Below are positions 37,932 to 53,913 of a DNA stretch of 64,000 nt, piece after piece. The stretch comes from Octopus sinensis (Eukaryota). The stretch is taken from positions 48,422,001-48,486,000 of the forward strand of contig NC_042997.1 of the NCBI RefSeq assembly GCF_006345805.1, in the 5' to 3' direction. A program made the translations under genes and the position numbers. Every line of letters begins with the position of its first letter. Within the stretch, counting starts at the first letter, position 1. Below the pieces are notes generated by a model that did not search any database, was not told the DNA's origin, and worked only from the letters and a program-made list of their open reading frames with translations.

Positions 37932-38063
37932 GTTTGTTTTTCTTTTGTTTGTTTTCCTTTTGATTTTTGAAAATATATATATATTCTTTCTTGGGAGTTA
38001 AAGAAGTGTATATATATATAAATGTTCTCTCATCCAAATGAGCCTATGCATATATATATATAA

Positions 38064-38177
<114 letters not shown>

Positions 38178-38319
38178 TAGGCTCATTTGGATGAATTTGT
38201 AGGTATTTATGCATGCTATTTTGTAGGACATATATATATTTATATACATACACACACACATATATATACACACATACATATATATATACACATATATAGT
38301 TATAACTATAAAGGGTAAA

Positions 38320-38660
38320 AGTAAAGGATAAAGACCCGCTTCTGTCATGCATGACTATGGGATTACATCTAGTAAGTTCCCCTCCGAGCCACAAGTCCGG
38401 GCATGGGTGTTTATGGAAGATTATTAGGGACCCATGCTCCCCACTCCACGCCACCAATGACAGGGAAGTGAAAGGCAAAGGGGCCGATATACCTTGGCAG
38501 CAGTGACGGTGCAACTCATTTCTACAGCTGAATGAAATGGAGCAATTCGAAATAAAGTGTCTGGCTCAAAAATATCAAAAAACTTTCTGGTTCGGGAATC
38601 GAACTCACTACTATTTGATTGTGAGCCTGATGCCCAATCACAGAGCCGTGGGCCTTCACA
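38320..38660 (-). mobile_element. tRNA-derived SINE, third family, degenerate
   Basis: Minus head GTGAAGGCCCACGGCTC...GAGTTCGATTCCCG (B-box-like), then TTGAGCCAGACACTTTATTTC...CAGCTGTAGAAATGAG. Confidence 0.65.
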
Positions 38661-38772
38661 GCTATACCTATATATACACACATACACACACATTCATATA
38701 TATATATATATATATATACGCAGACAAATACATACACACATACATATATATGTATAATTATTATTATTATAA

Positions 38773-39291
38773 TTGAGTGAGAGAGCAGTTCATGCCATCA
38801 AAGTGACACTGGGGTAAAATATACGAAGCCCAATATACCCATCATGACTACCCGTCTGATAAAGGTACACCAGGCACATGCATCACAACCATATGTGCGC
38901 GACATGGTGATCTCATATCAAGATAAACAGCACATGACCTTGCAGGTGGGGCCCAGTTAGAATTTTCATCAGGTTGAGTAGCCCATCCCGCTCAAATGGT
39001 CCCTGAATAAGGGTTGTTTAAGGATGTTGAAAGAACCACCCATGTTTCCAGAGGTGAACTATTCAAACCCCAAAGAATCCCTTTCAACACATGGCTATGG
39101 TCCTCCCCCACTACTTCTGCTCGTGATCAGAGATGCACATATCGTCAGCCACTAAGGGACATGCTCAACTGGTTAAGATCAAACAACTGACAAGCAAATC
39201 TGTGGTATTGAGCAGAATATTTGCTGTAGCCCATCTTTTATACCAAGACAAAACAATGTACATGATAACACTTCCAATCAGTTAAGATCAG
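38773..39291 (-). mobile_element. ~520-560-bp non-coding retroposon-like repeat with an (AAT)n tail, copy 1
   Basis: Colinear with 61656-62212; both copies sit between (ATT)n tracts. Confidence 0.85.
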
Positions 39292-39298
39292 GATTGTG

Positions 39299-39377
<79 letters not shown>

Positions 39378-40799
39378 CATTATTATTGTTATTATGATTA
39401 TAAGAAAGGAAGAGTGGTGAGTATACACGTGAGTGTGTGTATGTATTATTAACTCAATGTATATACTAATTTTTATATGCACAATTATAAATGCAAGTGT
39501 GTAGCCTATTATTTAATGTATATGGTTTCGATATTTATTATTTTACAGCCTAATACATGCACACTACACACACACACACACACACAAACATACATACACC
39601 GCACACACACGCAGTATTATACTCGAACATAATAACACACGCTAGCACACATTTATTTGTTCTCAACTCGCCATTCTAGTCTTGACATCTGAACACACGT
39701 TTTATAATAAGTCATTCTGTCTGTCTCAGCATGTAATTTTCCTTTCACATTGCTGCCGTTAATTCTGTTAAGAGAGTACTGAGTGCCGATTAGCTTGCAG
39801 GTGGGAATGCGATTGACTATAAAATAATAATTTCTAATAATAATTGTAAGAAACAACGCCAACATCATAGCAATGCGTCTTTCACATCCATAAGTCAGCA
39901 GATCAGCCGATAGCAAAATGACTTGGGAAAGAACAAAAATTACCGGTCTTAGTGAAAATAAATTTGGTGTCTTTGTAGTTTTTCTCCTGTCGTGTATAGC
40001 AAGTTGTTCATATTCACCAGGTGTGAGTATGAAGAACTTGTTATACAGATGTACATTTATTTGCTACAAGTCTGCCTTCGCGATTATTTAATCGATGTTA
40101 AAAGTAGGTCGGTAAATCAGTTAACCATCTACCTTTCACTTTGAAATGTATGTCTCAAGAATATAGTTTCTTCTTTCTTTTTCTTGTAAACACAAAGACT
40201 GCCTGAGATTTATGTCTGTATTAGAAAGAGAGAATGAAGAGTTCTAATATTTATGCCACTCCATATGGTACTATTATAGTGAACTAGAAATTGCTTCATC
40301 TGAAAAAAATAATCGAAACTAAACTAGACCTTGTTCGGTAGATATTTAATCTTCCTTTGTAGTTTTTATACTAGATCTACGTTTTTTTTCTATATTGATT
40401 TGGCAAGGATTCGCGCAAAAAAATCATTGTAAAGGAATAGGAAATAGAATAAAACGAACACTGTACATTCAAGCAAGTTGTATTTAGTTATAAGCTGAAA
40501 GTATCGCGTAATCTTTAGAATGTTTGAGATCTGACTGTAGATAGGTTATTAACTGCAAGGGAGAAGCTTTGTGAGAACTTCACTTCACCTGTTCTCAATT
40601 ACCGTTAAATATCCATAAAATCCAAGCTTTGATTAGTTCAGTTCTTGACAGCGATTGATAAAAGAAAGTGTGATGCGCACAGTGGGAATGCCCTTGGTCA
40701 TAACTTTCGTTCTTCAGTGCAGAACAATATTTCGAGGGTGAATGAGAGACAGAGATAAACAGACAGACAGGCAGACTGACTGAGTGACAGACTGACAAC

Positions 40800-41233
<434 letters not shown>

Positions 41234-42554
41234 ATTAATCAGAGACAACAGGCAACATGCACAGGATGAGATTCAATCAAGGAAATCATTCTCTCTAATC
41301 ACCGGTTCACTAAAGATCAAAACATTAATTTCATGCATTGAAATTTAAGAAAACATCCAAAACGAAAACATAAATAATAAAAGGTACAACGGACAGTTTA
41401 TTTTATCAGCCTCACGAAATGTCAGCTCATATGGTTAACAAAAGCAGAACACGGGTCGAAGTGACAAAGAGTGTGAAAGAGAGGTTGTCTTTTCGTCTTG
41501 GTCGAAATGAAAATAAAAAAAGAAAGAAAAGATTATGGTGCATAATGTAACGCCGAATGGAAGCAGAGGTATTGCTTGGCATTTACGCTTAAACACCAAC
41601 AGGGATGTAGAAGAGTGGAGAGACAGTGAGATAATATAAAAAAGAAATATAATAGTTATCGTCCTGTCCATGAGAATTATCCCGAGTACTTTGAACTTAG
41701 CAATCCTGTTGATAAACATGCCGAAGTTACTTTGATTTTAACTCGACTGTGTGTGAGAGGAAATGGATTCTATGTGCTTGTCCAACGCATTTTAGCTGTG
41801 GTTTGCATTTAATTTTCGTTCTATTTGAGCGTTATACTACACCATCTTGCCCACACGAATATCCAAATATGAATGTGTATATATTCATAAGTAGAGCTAA
41901 AAATATCAGTGATATCATTTCATATTTATATATGAACTAAATTAGTAGAATTTCAAGCTTGCAAAGTGACATATGCTAAATCTTGTATCATTTTCTTTTT
42001 ATTAATTCTATCGTTCTTGGTTAGAGAGGAAATAATTGTCATGACCAGTACTGCTATTTTTATGCCAGATCTGATATTGTATGACGTCTGCTAAACACGA
42101 GGTAGCAATTTTTGTGTAGTATATTAGACGGTTTTGCTATAAAACACAGTTACTAAGAAATCAAACAGATTTAATTTACATAATTTCACTGGTGTAAACA
42201 CAATATATCGTTTATTCTTTGTTACTTTGTATATAATATTATGCACATCAGTTTTTCTTGTAGATGACGCAGGATTCAGAATACTAATGGCATTAACTCG
42301 ACGAGTTTTCTTTGTGAGCGTCATTCGGTCGATACCAGAGATCATAAAATTATTAATAATAAAATTTATACTTCTTTAAAATGAATGAAAAAGATAATTC
42401 ATTATATTTTCAAAATATAAAAATAACGAAAATATTTAAAATTGCGCAAAAAATTTTCAGAAAATATATAATGGTAAGCAGTTAAAAAATAATTCATTTA
42501 AACCAAAGAAAATATTGTTCAAGTAGTGATGAATGTCTGTACATTCCTCTTTTA

Positions 42555-42933
42555 GCACTCCGTCGGTTACGACGACGAGGGTTCCGGTTGATCCGAATCA
42601 ACGGAACAGCCTGCTCGTGAAATTAACGTGTAAGTGGCTGAGCACTCCACAGACACGTGTACCCTTAACGTAGTTCTCGGGGATATTCAGCATGACACAG
42701 AGAGTGACAAGGCCGGCCCTTTGAAGTACAGGTACAACAGAAACAGGAAGTAAGAGTGAGAGAAAGTTGTGGTGAAAGAGTACAGCAGGGATCACCACCA
42801 TCCCCTGCCAGAGCCTCGTGGAGCTTTAGGTGTTTTCGCTCAATAAACACTCATAACGCCCAGTCTAGGAATCGAAACCGCGATCCTCTGACCGCGAGTC
42901 CGCTGCCCTAACCACTGGGCCATTGCGCCTCCA
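42555..42933 (-). mobile_element. tRNA-derived SINE (probably octopus OR-type), full length
   Basis: Minus head GGAGGCGCAATGGCCCAGTGGTTAGGGCAGCGGACTCGCGG...GGTTTCGATTCC, shared with 31673-31976; the tail differs. Confidence 0.85.
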
Positions 42934-43849
42934 TAAGCTGTATATTTCAGGCATGCGATATTTAGGTACATTGTCCTCATCATCATTTGGTCAAGCTTGT
43001 TACATGGATTACCGTGACGCGTTGTCTCCAGCCTGTTCAGTCGGCCATTTCAAGTTATAGGTCTTCTTGTGTGCATTCAGATTCCTCGAACCTTGCTTTA
43101 TGTAGGCTCAATATGGCTTACAATTATTTGCGAACCCATGCTCTGGTTACCAAAGAAGAACGCCGTTGTTAATGTCGTCCTTTGCTCTCTAGCAATGTCC
43201 AGCGATTTTTCTTCTTTCTCTGATAACGTGCGGTTTTTTCATAGGACTAAGTTTTTTCAAAGGATGTTTCTCCAGGAGATGTCGAGAGAAGCTCGAAGCA
43301 TTCTTGAACAAGTTCCGTCGATTTTTCTTTTCAAGACGCTCTGATAGAGTCCTTGCTGTACATCTACCTAACAGAACTGACTGCTCAGCCTCCTGAAAGA
43401 AATTACGTTTCAAATATAATGGGAGCTTAGATTTCCAGACCATTTATTATTTATTTATTCATTTATTTATGGTACCAAAAGATACTGGACTTGTGTTAAG
43501 GTAAGTTTGGGGTGCTGGTGAATCTAATTATGGCATCAGTTTTGCTAGACTTGTTCTAATGCTTTACATAATCGAATGCTCCCATATTTGCGAATTCCGC
43601 ATGATTAGTATACAGTAGCCGAAATGCTGAAATCAACATACTATTTGTTTTATAATGAAGCATTAGAAAAAACTGATATACAATGCCAAAATATATATCA
43701 CAGTAAAAATCATAAATAAACCAACACAAAATATTTAATAGAATCTTATGCAATAGTAGTGTTGACGATAATAGAGTAGCATTGGCTAATTAAATATACA
43801 AAAAGTATCTCAATCAGTCATTTCAAAATTCCTGTTTGTATGATTTTCT

Positions 43850-45190
43850 TTTACATCGCTTAGGAAGACAATCATAATGAATATTCCTGCAGTTGTCTAC
43901 CGTCATATCTCTGGCCCGTTTGTCCTGATACCTCTTCTCTAACACTCTAATAATCTAGGGGAACTGCTCCTCTTGATCCTCACGGGAATCTTTTCATGTG
44001 GCTATGGAGAAAGTGTACTTGTATTCTCATCATCTTAAAGTTATTGAGCAATTCCTACTTCTTCTTAATCATGTACTTTCTTGTTGCTCAAGTTTTCAAT
44101 AAATGATACTTAACTAAATCAAACTGAAACTTGAGTTTAAAACATGAGGAGTAGTAAATACTCCTCCTTTAACGTTTTCAATACTCAATTCCAAGAACTA
44201 TGTCCAACTGTATTTGAAACGATCACCATCTTTGTTGAAATCTTTAACAGATTACTTCATCAGTCCAAGTTTAATATGGTGTGGTTATAAAATAATGTTT
44301 TCTAATCAAACTAATGGTTCGCTAGAGATGGTTGCGGTGCCTAAGGCCATTGTCTAACTTGAAGGACGTGTCATTTTTTCCCCAATGATTTTGGGTAGTT
44401 CTACAGCGACATAAGCAAATGGATCAAAGTTAATTCATGTACCCACTTTTCTATCCGAGCAAGAAATTCACCATCATTAAGATCAATGCAAATACGCCAC
44501 TGTTGCTAAGGTTAGCGGATTTTATGGAAGATCTTTGATATCTTCATACTCTTTTTATGTCTAATTGAATGATGAGGAATTTGTAAAGATGCATACCGGT
44601 TCTGTTGTGTAAGAATACTCATTTGAAGCTTCTAAATACCAATAAAAAGGCTCTAATCTTGTTAACGATATTCTGGCAGTCACGTTTGAATCTGAAAAAA
44701 CATCCCGCCTATATTATTGCAGAAGAAGATATCATCTTTGCTTAAATATGGAAGAATTTCCTTCTGCTTTTCCTATAGGTCATTACTTTGCTCACTACTT
44801 ATAGAACATTTCATTTAGCCTGGATGCTAAACTTTACGCGAATATTTTGAAAGAATGATGTCTCGTATCAAATCATTAAGGTAATTTTTAGAGAAATGAT
44901 TTGGCGTCAAAACACTTCATTTTGAATTCCACTGCAACAAGGAATGTCGGACCGAGCGATAAACACTGGTGCAGGAATTTCATTGCTAAGTGGCACAAGT
45001 TGCCCTACAGATTCCCATGTTTATTGTTGTAGCAATTAAATACTTTCTCATAAATGACACACAAATAACAAACACCGTTGTCGATTCATGACTCTCGCCC
45101 CGCCAAAGGTATTCCACGTTTAGTTTTTTCCTTTTCTTTTGTGCAATGCCGAAAGAACTCTACATACACATTGCATGCCTTATAGAGAAC
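43850..45190 (-). pseudogene. Decayed DNA-transposon transposase, Chapaev3 (CMC)-like
   Basis: Minus translations GIPLAGRES.IDNGVCYLC, VPLSNEIPAPVF, YLNDLIRDIILSK, HIKLGLMK.SVKDFNKDG and EDQEEQF..IRVLEKRYQ follow the order of the LHIKLGLMK / DEQGERFHQD / RYQG transposase motifs. The superfamily label is recalled. Confidence 0.7.
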
Positions 45191-46934
45191 TCATAACCCA
45201 TTTTCATCTTCATGATTTACTCCGAAATAAGAAAATTATGTTTGTTTTACTTATTGAATGATATTTTAATATGCTTTCGTATTGTATATTCACCACAGAT
45301 GTTACAAGATACATTGTGGTTTTCAAACTGGCTATTTGTGATAAACGGATATCATAATTTTATCTCCCATACAATGAAATATAAAAATACATTAAATCTA
45401 AGAGATATGCAATACAAATTGATTAAACACTAATGTAGAAAAAATCGTATAAAGATAACACAAACATGCTGGAAAATTCAATGATTCAGTAGTATTACGT
45501 AGAATAGTATACCCAATTGAACATCTCAAATTGGCCGATTTGCCAAACGTCGAAGTATTGCAACCTCTGACCTAAATTAAATCCTGATCTACATTTTAAT
45601 CATACTTTGAAAGATCCTTCTATATCACATGCGAGTAACATCATAATTTGATTGGAATTCATAATTTTTAAAACCAGAACCAATAATTATTGTAATTAAA
45701 GCCCTAAAATTAAGATAAATTTATTTGTATATTGTTGGCTACAATTTCTTTTTCTTTCCGTCAGTGTTATAAATCAATACAATATTCTTAGAGACAAACT
45801 GGATGACATTTTGTAATGATTTTTCACACAAAATGATTTGAGATTTAGTATATAAATTCAGATGGAATTCTGTGGAAGAACACTATTTGTACGTTCTTTG
45901 TTTGACATAGATATTGTCAATAAAAGTTTCTCTGATATAGTTCAATAACATGTAAATCTCATAGTGAGTTAGATAGGTGAAGAAGAGACTGTCTCAGAAG
46001 GGTTTCTCTGAAGTTATTTGCAGTTGGCAAATGAGCAGCAGAGAAGAAGAAAAACAAATTCATTTATTCGCCAATATAAATACGTAATAATTTACGAAAA
46101 CTATAAAATTTTATATATTTTACGGATACAGTATTAATTACAGTTCAATTCTTGCAACTTAATTCGTATCATTTTCAACATTTTTTCCGATTAAATACAT
46201 AGGAATCGCTTTCAAGAGGATCTATATGTTCAACAAATTTGATTCGTGTGCAAATAGAAGTCTTCCATTTAGCCTTCCAATTGTAATGTTCTCTGTCTTT
46301 TATATAATGAAACTCTATCAACATTTCTCTTTCTCAAAGCATTCCGACGTTTTGCATTTGAAAGAAATCAAATACATCACATCCAAACACATATACACTC
46401 ATTCATATAAATACACGTACTTAAATTTTATTTCCGTGTGCTTAACATAATACTTTTCCTTTCTACAGTTACTCTCCTAATGATACAATAATATTAATTT
46501 TCTTTCAATATTAGCACAGGAACAGAAATTGTGATAGAAGGTGCTGGTTGATTAAATCGGCCCAAGCGTTAGACTGGTCCCTATTTAATTGACCACGAGA
46601 GAACAAAGGGCAAAGTTGACCTCTATGGCACTTCAGCTCCAAAGTAAAACGGGAAAAATCGGTAATCGCCTTATCCTGCCTTCTAATGCTTTTGCCAGGT
46701 TGCTGAATTAAAAATAACTCTTTCTAATTTTGGTACAAGGTCAGCCATTTTGAGGGGATAAGTAATGGGCAAGTCTATGATAACAACATCAATACTTGAT
46801 TAGTACTTCTTTTGCGGACTTCGAAGAAAAATGAATAAAAGGTAAAGATGACCTCAGCAGAGTTTGATCTCAGAAAGCGAGCCGATCGAAATGCTACTCC
46901 CAGCTCACTGATTCAGTAATAAGGTTAATATTAA

Positions 46935-47065
46935 TATTGATAATAACGTTACTAATAATGATGGGGATGATGATGAGGTTGATGATAATAATGTTGTTGT
47001 TGTTGTCGATGATAATGATGATGACGACGACGACGATGATGACGAGGACGACAGTGGTGGTGGTA
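46935..47065. repeat. (GAT/GAC/GTT)n trinucleotide tract
   Basis: Visible simple repeat. Confidence 0.85.
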
Positions 47066-47553
47066 ATTTTAATAATTCACTTTACTAATTCACATTTACA
47101 AAAAATATCTAGATTGTTCCTGATGAAATCATACTTGAAACTGAGAACACGTCTAATGAAAGTCACCAGTGAATTTACATATCTACATATTGGAGATGCA
47201 CCGAGCTACTTTTGATTTTTCGACTAGCTATACGTAAACATATGACGATTCATTGTAAGAGCAAGCTATATTCTAGTCACTGATAGAATAAATGAAATAA
47301 TCTATCAAAATATTAGTCGCAGCACTAAATTATTCATTGAATTTTACAACTATTATATCGCAAGAGCCAAATGCAAACTCTCACCGTATACTAGCAACTC
47401 GATGTCAGTATAAGTGGTGTTTTTAACGATATGATACAATAGATACGATGCAATGGAAGTCTAATGTAGATGAAACATTGTATTTGTATCAACACTGAGG
47501 TTATGGGGTACATGTAATTATATGCATGAACGCGCGCGTGGATGCGTATATAT

Positions 47554-48830
<1,277 letters not shown>

Positions 48831-50409
48831 ATGTTTATCGGCACACCAACACAGTTGTTCCGGAGGAACAGACGTCACTGCTATTTTTAACCCCTCGATT
48901 CAATCTGAACCCGATATGTATTACAAGCAGGGGAACGAACTCCTACCATCTGGCAGACGAAGGGATCACCCGACCGTGCAGGTTCGGGCTATTTGTGCCT
49001 ATTTACACTGGTCGACACCCGTTCTCTAGAGATAGCTATAATTTGCTCGAGCTCGCAATATTTAGAAAACTAAGTGACAATCTGTCACGGCTTTTGCAAC
49101 AAGTAAATGAGCTCGTTAGGAAATCCCTATAAGAGAAGGCAGTAGCAACTATACTGAAAAGTAATGTCTATCGCTATGTGGTATTTCGCTCGGAACACAG
49201 AGAAAGAGTAGAGATACAGTGTTGTATTGAATGCTTCAATAGTAACACATATCGATTTCTTTTGTTTTCTTAATGAAAGTATAGAGAATGAAGTGTGCAT
49301 ATCAATAATTAATAATGATTTATCATCTCAACACATGGCTGCAGTTTGCAGAGAAAGCGTTGCAATTGATGATATCTACATCAGTAAATAGCTATAATTG
49401 TTACGTAGAAATAGTAAAAAAAAGGACCTCGAAATCAGCTAGACCTAGATATGAACTTCTAACATAGGGATATATTGTAAAAGTTTTTGCCAAACTACCA
49501 CTCACGTCAAGAAATAAAAATGAAACGTCATCATTATACAAATTATAAGTAAATGCAGTACTTTTCAAAAATAATTTCGCTTGCAACACAAACATATTTG
49601 TTATCGAAATATATTTTGTTGCCTACTCTTTATGAATATAGGTTTGTATATCCATAAGTATCCGTAAACATAAAGATAATATTCAAAAGATATTTAAAGA
49701 CGTGCGAACGTGGTTATTGAACATTTAATTACATGAGTTATTAGAAATTAGAAATTTTATGATTATTTCCCTCGAGGCAATTTTCTTTTAACTTACTGGT
49801 CATTTATCTAATGTCTAAAGTACCGTGAATTTTGATGACATTTGATCATATTTTTGTAGCAGCTTTTTTCCTCATTGTAAATCTATACAGCTATATAATT
49901 GACGAGTAGAATTTTTGACGATTGATTTCTGTTGTGTAAATAAGAGTAAAATTACTCTTGCAGTATAACAGTTAACTACAAAGTGAAGCTTAAAGTCAAC
50001 ATATAATTTATTATGTATTACTACCATCGACTTTACCCAAGTTATCCAATTATCAAAATCTTATGTGCCTCTTTTTATTTTTATTGGCCTCTCAAAGATT
50101 GCTTAGCGACTGAGAAATTTACAGCGGCTAGAAAATATTTCACGTCATAAGGCAAAAACTTTCATAGTTTAATGGACTGCACGTGAGACTTCAATTTTAT
50201 TGGTTATGTATTAGTATTAAAATTGTATGCTCATAAAATTAAATGCACTATTAAATCAATATCATACCTTTTTTTATATATCAAAAACATCTCTTCTTTT
50301 GCTAGAGGAAGGAATATATTCAAGTTAATCGACAAAATTATTTTTAGATATTTATTTCTATCAGAGAGATAAAAAAAGACATAATAAATCAATACTCGAT
50401 GCGATTGGA

Positions 50410-50680
50410 CTTCGATGAAGAAATCTAAAAAAGCCGAAAGAGATCTAGTTTCGTCGCTATGTCAGCGAAGGGTCATATTATTTTCTCATCACGCATTACT
50501 TGATTCGGGGATTCTGTATTTCGCTTTATTAAAGTATTTTTCATTTTTGTCATTGCGTTGACACTTTTGGTCCTGTTTTGTCGAGTTAACGTTTAACTCT
50601 GTCGATGCGCGAATGTTTAAAATTATTTAAATTTACGTACTCTCTTTCTGAAGAATGCTAATATTTACTACACTATGCTA
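50410..50680. repeat. Dispersed repeat, copy 2 (see 24780-25023)
   Basis: Direct alignment by eye. Confidence 0.85.
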
Positions 50681-50949
50681 TTATAGAGGCAGTGCAGTAG
50701 AGTTGATTACAGAAACAAAACGCATTATTTAAAACATCACAGAAATTCGCAGTATTTGTCTGAAATTGCAGACTTCATACTACCAATGAGAGCTTGATTG
50801 AAGAAATAGGTACCATTATTACATTGCCACAGATGAAATCACAAATGCTTTCCTTTAAAATGCATTTTTGTTGCAGGTAACGTTCGATAATCTAATATAA
50901 TCTCTTTTTAGATACGCGTTTAATGTTGAAAATTCATCACACATATCTG

Positions 50950-50970
50950 TCCTGTCTGTCTGTCTCTCTA

Positions 50971-51026
<56 letters not shown>

Positions 51027-51350
51027 ATTTTTCTGGCTCTCTTTATCCCTCTCTTACGTTGTGTCTGTATTTCTTAGTCTTTGCAATTCTCTTTCCCTCT
51101 CTCTCTTTGTTCTCTCTTTTTATAATTTTCTTTTTTATACTTTTTATACCTTTTTATACCTTTTTATATTTTTATGCTTTATATTTTATTTTTGTATACT
51201 TTTTATACTTTTATACTGTCTTTGTCCCTATATTTCTCTCTATGTCTCTCATTCTTTCTCTCTCTCTTTCCCTTTCGTTCATCATCTTTTTCTTTATCTG
51301 TCCGTCTCTCTCCCTCTCTTTCTCTCTCTCTATTTTTCTTTCTCTCTCTC
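50950..51350. repeat. (CT)n / pyrimidine-rich low-complexity tract
   Basis: Visible simple repeat. Confidence 0.9.
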
Positions 51351-53913
51351 ATTTGAATCGATCGCATATATACAAAAGCTTAACCATAGTTCTATGGCCT
51401 AAATTTCTTGATTGTTTGTGCAACTCCACATTGTAATGAGTATCTACCACAAAGCAACTTGTGTTCTGTCGGAAACAATTCAAAGATACAATACTGTTAA
51501 ACAAGTCGATATTTCTTCCACCGTCCTTGCAATCCATATATTTAAGGACTCCGCTCTATCCATTTTCCAGTATTGCACAACAAATAAACCGCTTTACCGG
51601 AATGATTTCAAAGTTAAATCAAAGGGTTTTATAACTATTCGGAAATCAGTGAACATCTACAGTGCTTGTATTATTATAAAATTTCAACACTCTAAGGTAA
51701 TGTTTGTATTTATTTATTTCTAGAGACATCACTTCGTACCCAAGTCAACTTGTCCAAGGGATCAATTTGATATTGTAGATTATTATATGTAACTAGGGTG
51801 TTCTATCTTCAGGATGGATACGGAGATTTCGAAACTGCTTTGGAGAATGACATGTTGTTTTGGGGACACTGGAGACATGAGCGTAGTCAGACTGGTTCTT
51901 CAAAATGTTCAATGGATTTTGCATCTATAATGCATATTGTCCATAATTACTTGAGACATGAACCCTATATAATCGACATACTAAAAGTGTCTAAAGCATA
52001 TCTTAAGCATCAAATAGGAACCTTTTACAACTGATAAACATGTGGTTGTAAACACGGGCTGTGTCATTACGGTAGTTCGCTTCATGAAGTATCATATGCA
52101 ACGTGTTGATCAAGTGATCTCTTATAATTTCAAGCTTCATAAGCCATTACATTATGCTCAATTCGTTAAAGGAGTTTCGAAAATTCAGAACAAAACAAAG
52201 ATTTCTTGTCACAAAAACAACCTTTCATCATTAGATAAAGTGAATGCGGTCTATACGAGATAACTTGCAGTTTGAGATAATTAGAATTGTTCACAAAAGT
52301 GTAAATATTAATGTCCAAAAACTGCAAGATGTTAGATGTTGTGGGGCTAGTGATAATCTCGTGTGCGCAGTCTGTGATCGTATTACAATTTCAAAAATTG
52401 AAACTTATCATCCATAAAGTGTAGAAAGACCAGCTGGGGCAACATATATCCACAACATCACCAGAGCAATGTCGCCCTTTCTGTCGAAAGTTATGCTTAT
52501 ATACTACGTGGCTCAAAATCCATAACACACGAATGCTCAAAGACTGATCTATCATTGCTGAATTTCATGATGAATTCAATGTGAGGATTTATGCTGTTTA
52601 TATGATTTTAGAAATTTCGTTACACATTTCGAAATCACTATGATAATTTAGCGAAAGGACTTCTATTCTAATACAACTCGGCAGTGTGTTGCATAACTTT
52701 CTACGCAAATTATATCTTTCGATAAATTTAACATTTCATTTTCCAAAAATTCTATTTACCAGAGTATTGTTAAATACGAAATATGGTCTATATATGTTTA
52801 TACATGTATAAGCTTTTCGTTTCTAAATTTAATGAAATTCCAAGATAATTGTTTTCAATTACAACAATTTAGTATCCTCTTCTTGTGTAGGGGCTTTAGA
52901 AAATAACCTTCTTTTTACTGAAACTCCTCTAACATCTATATCGATAATTTACCGTGTGCCAGAATAAAATGTATTACTCCTTTGAATACAGTTATCTTTA
53001 ATAGAAACGCTACATAGATCTGCACTGAGAAAACATAATTTAAAATACGAATCAATGTGGAGAGGACAAATTTTTTAAAAAGGGAGGTCTTACTTATCAC
53101 TCTGAATTTAGAAGAAAATTATGCTTTTATAGATCTCAGGATTACGAGTGGTGGGGGGATCCAATAGTGTCTCTAGCTATAATCCTGTTTTATTCTCCAA
53201 CGGAAAGTGTTTAACTATATTTTATTCGATATTCAGAAGCAGTAATTATCATTCTCAGCTAACTCCCGGTAGCAGTCAGAAAGCGAATTCAAATTTTAAT
53301 AACTTGTCAGAGAAAAGTGTGAGGAGAGAGAAATTATTACACTGCGCTGTATTTTGAACGAAAAACAATAATTCTCATAATTTTATCCACTTTAGCAAAC
53401 TATACGATTTCCATGGAAGTATTAATATTTCTTTGAATTTAAATATCTATTGAAAATAGACATATACCTACACTCAACAAACGGTATCGCTTATAAGAAT
53501 TGGTGAAGAATTAAGTGGGAGTATTAAGTTATTTTCTGTTTATAGGGCAATATAAATATACAAAAAACTATCGTGATATAATTAATCATTATTTATCGAT
53601 GTGTACATGTACATTTCTGAGTATATAATATCTTTATGTTTCATTACATGAACCGTTAGAATAACTGGTAACGTAAATCTTAGTTCTGATTGGACGATAT
53701 TCTAATATATATAGACAACTTGTTTCATGCTTTGAGACTATATTTCCTTCTTTTGTAAACAGAGACATTCATAATTTCAGAGCCACAACACTAAAATTGA
53801 AATGGTATATTAAAAATATTTTTGTAGATATATCGGATACCATTAAAAAACGTACATTAATCGTCAATAATATAACGTACATAATACATCAATAAGCGAA
53901 ATACGAATCTTAC

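Larger units (their letters stand above)
33619..38000 (-). mobile_element. Full-length CR1-like non-LTR retrotransposon (ORF1 + APE/RT ORF2 + 8-mer tail)
   Basis: Two ORFs, a short 3' UTR and a tandem tail (TATCAAAG)x3 at 33619-33642; inserted among (TA)n tracts. The 5' boundary is approximate. Confidence 0.95.

Noticed and set aside
42940-43440. Coding-like segment next to the Chapaev-like relic
   Set aside because: Stops occur in all frames and I recognise no motif; it cannot be assigned.
47115-47149. TGTTC-CTGATGA-AATCATACTT-GAAA-CTGA-GAACA: canonical core with a 5-bp stem I
   Set aside because: Stem II is only 2 bp and the required U16.1 is absent (CTGA instead of CGTA); it is either a dead relic or chance.
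51798-52263. Two consecutive plus-strand ORFs with an upstream TTCTATCTTCAG acceptor
   Set aside because: No convincing donor, no recognisable domain, and lengths within chance expectation.
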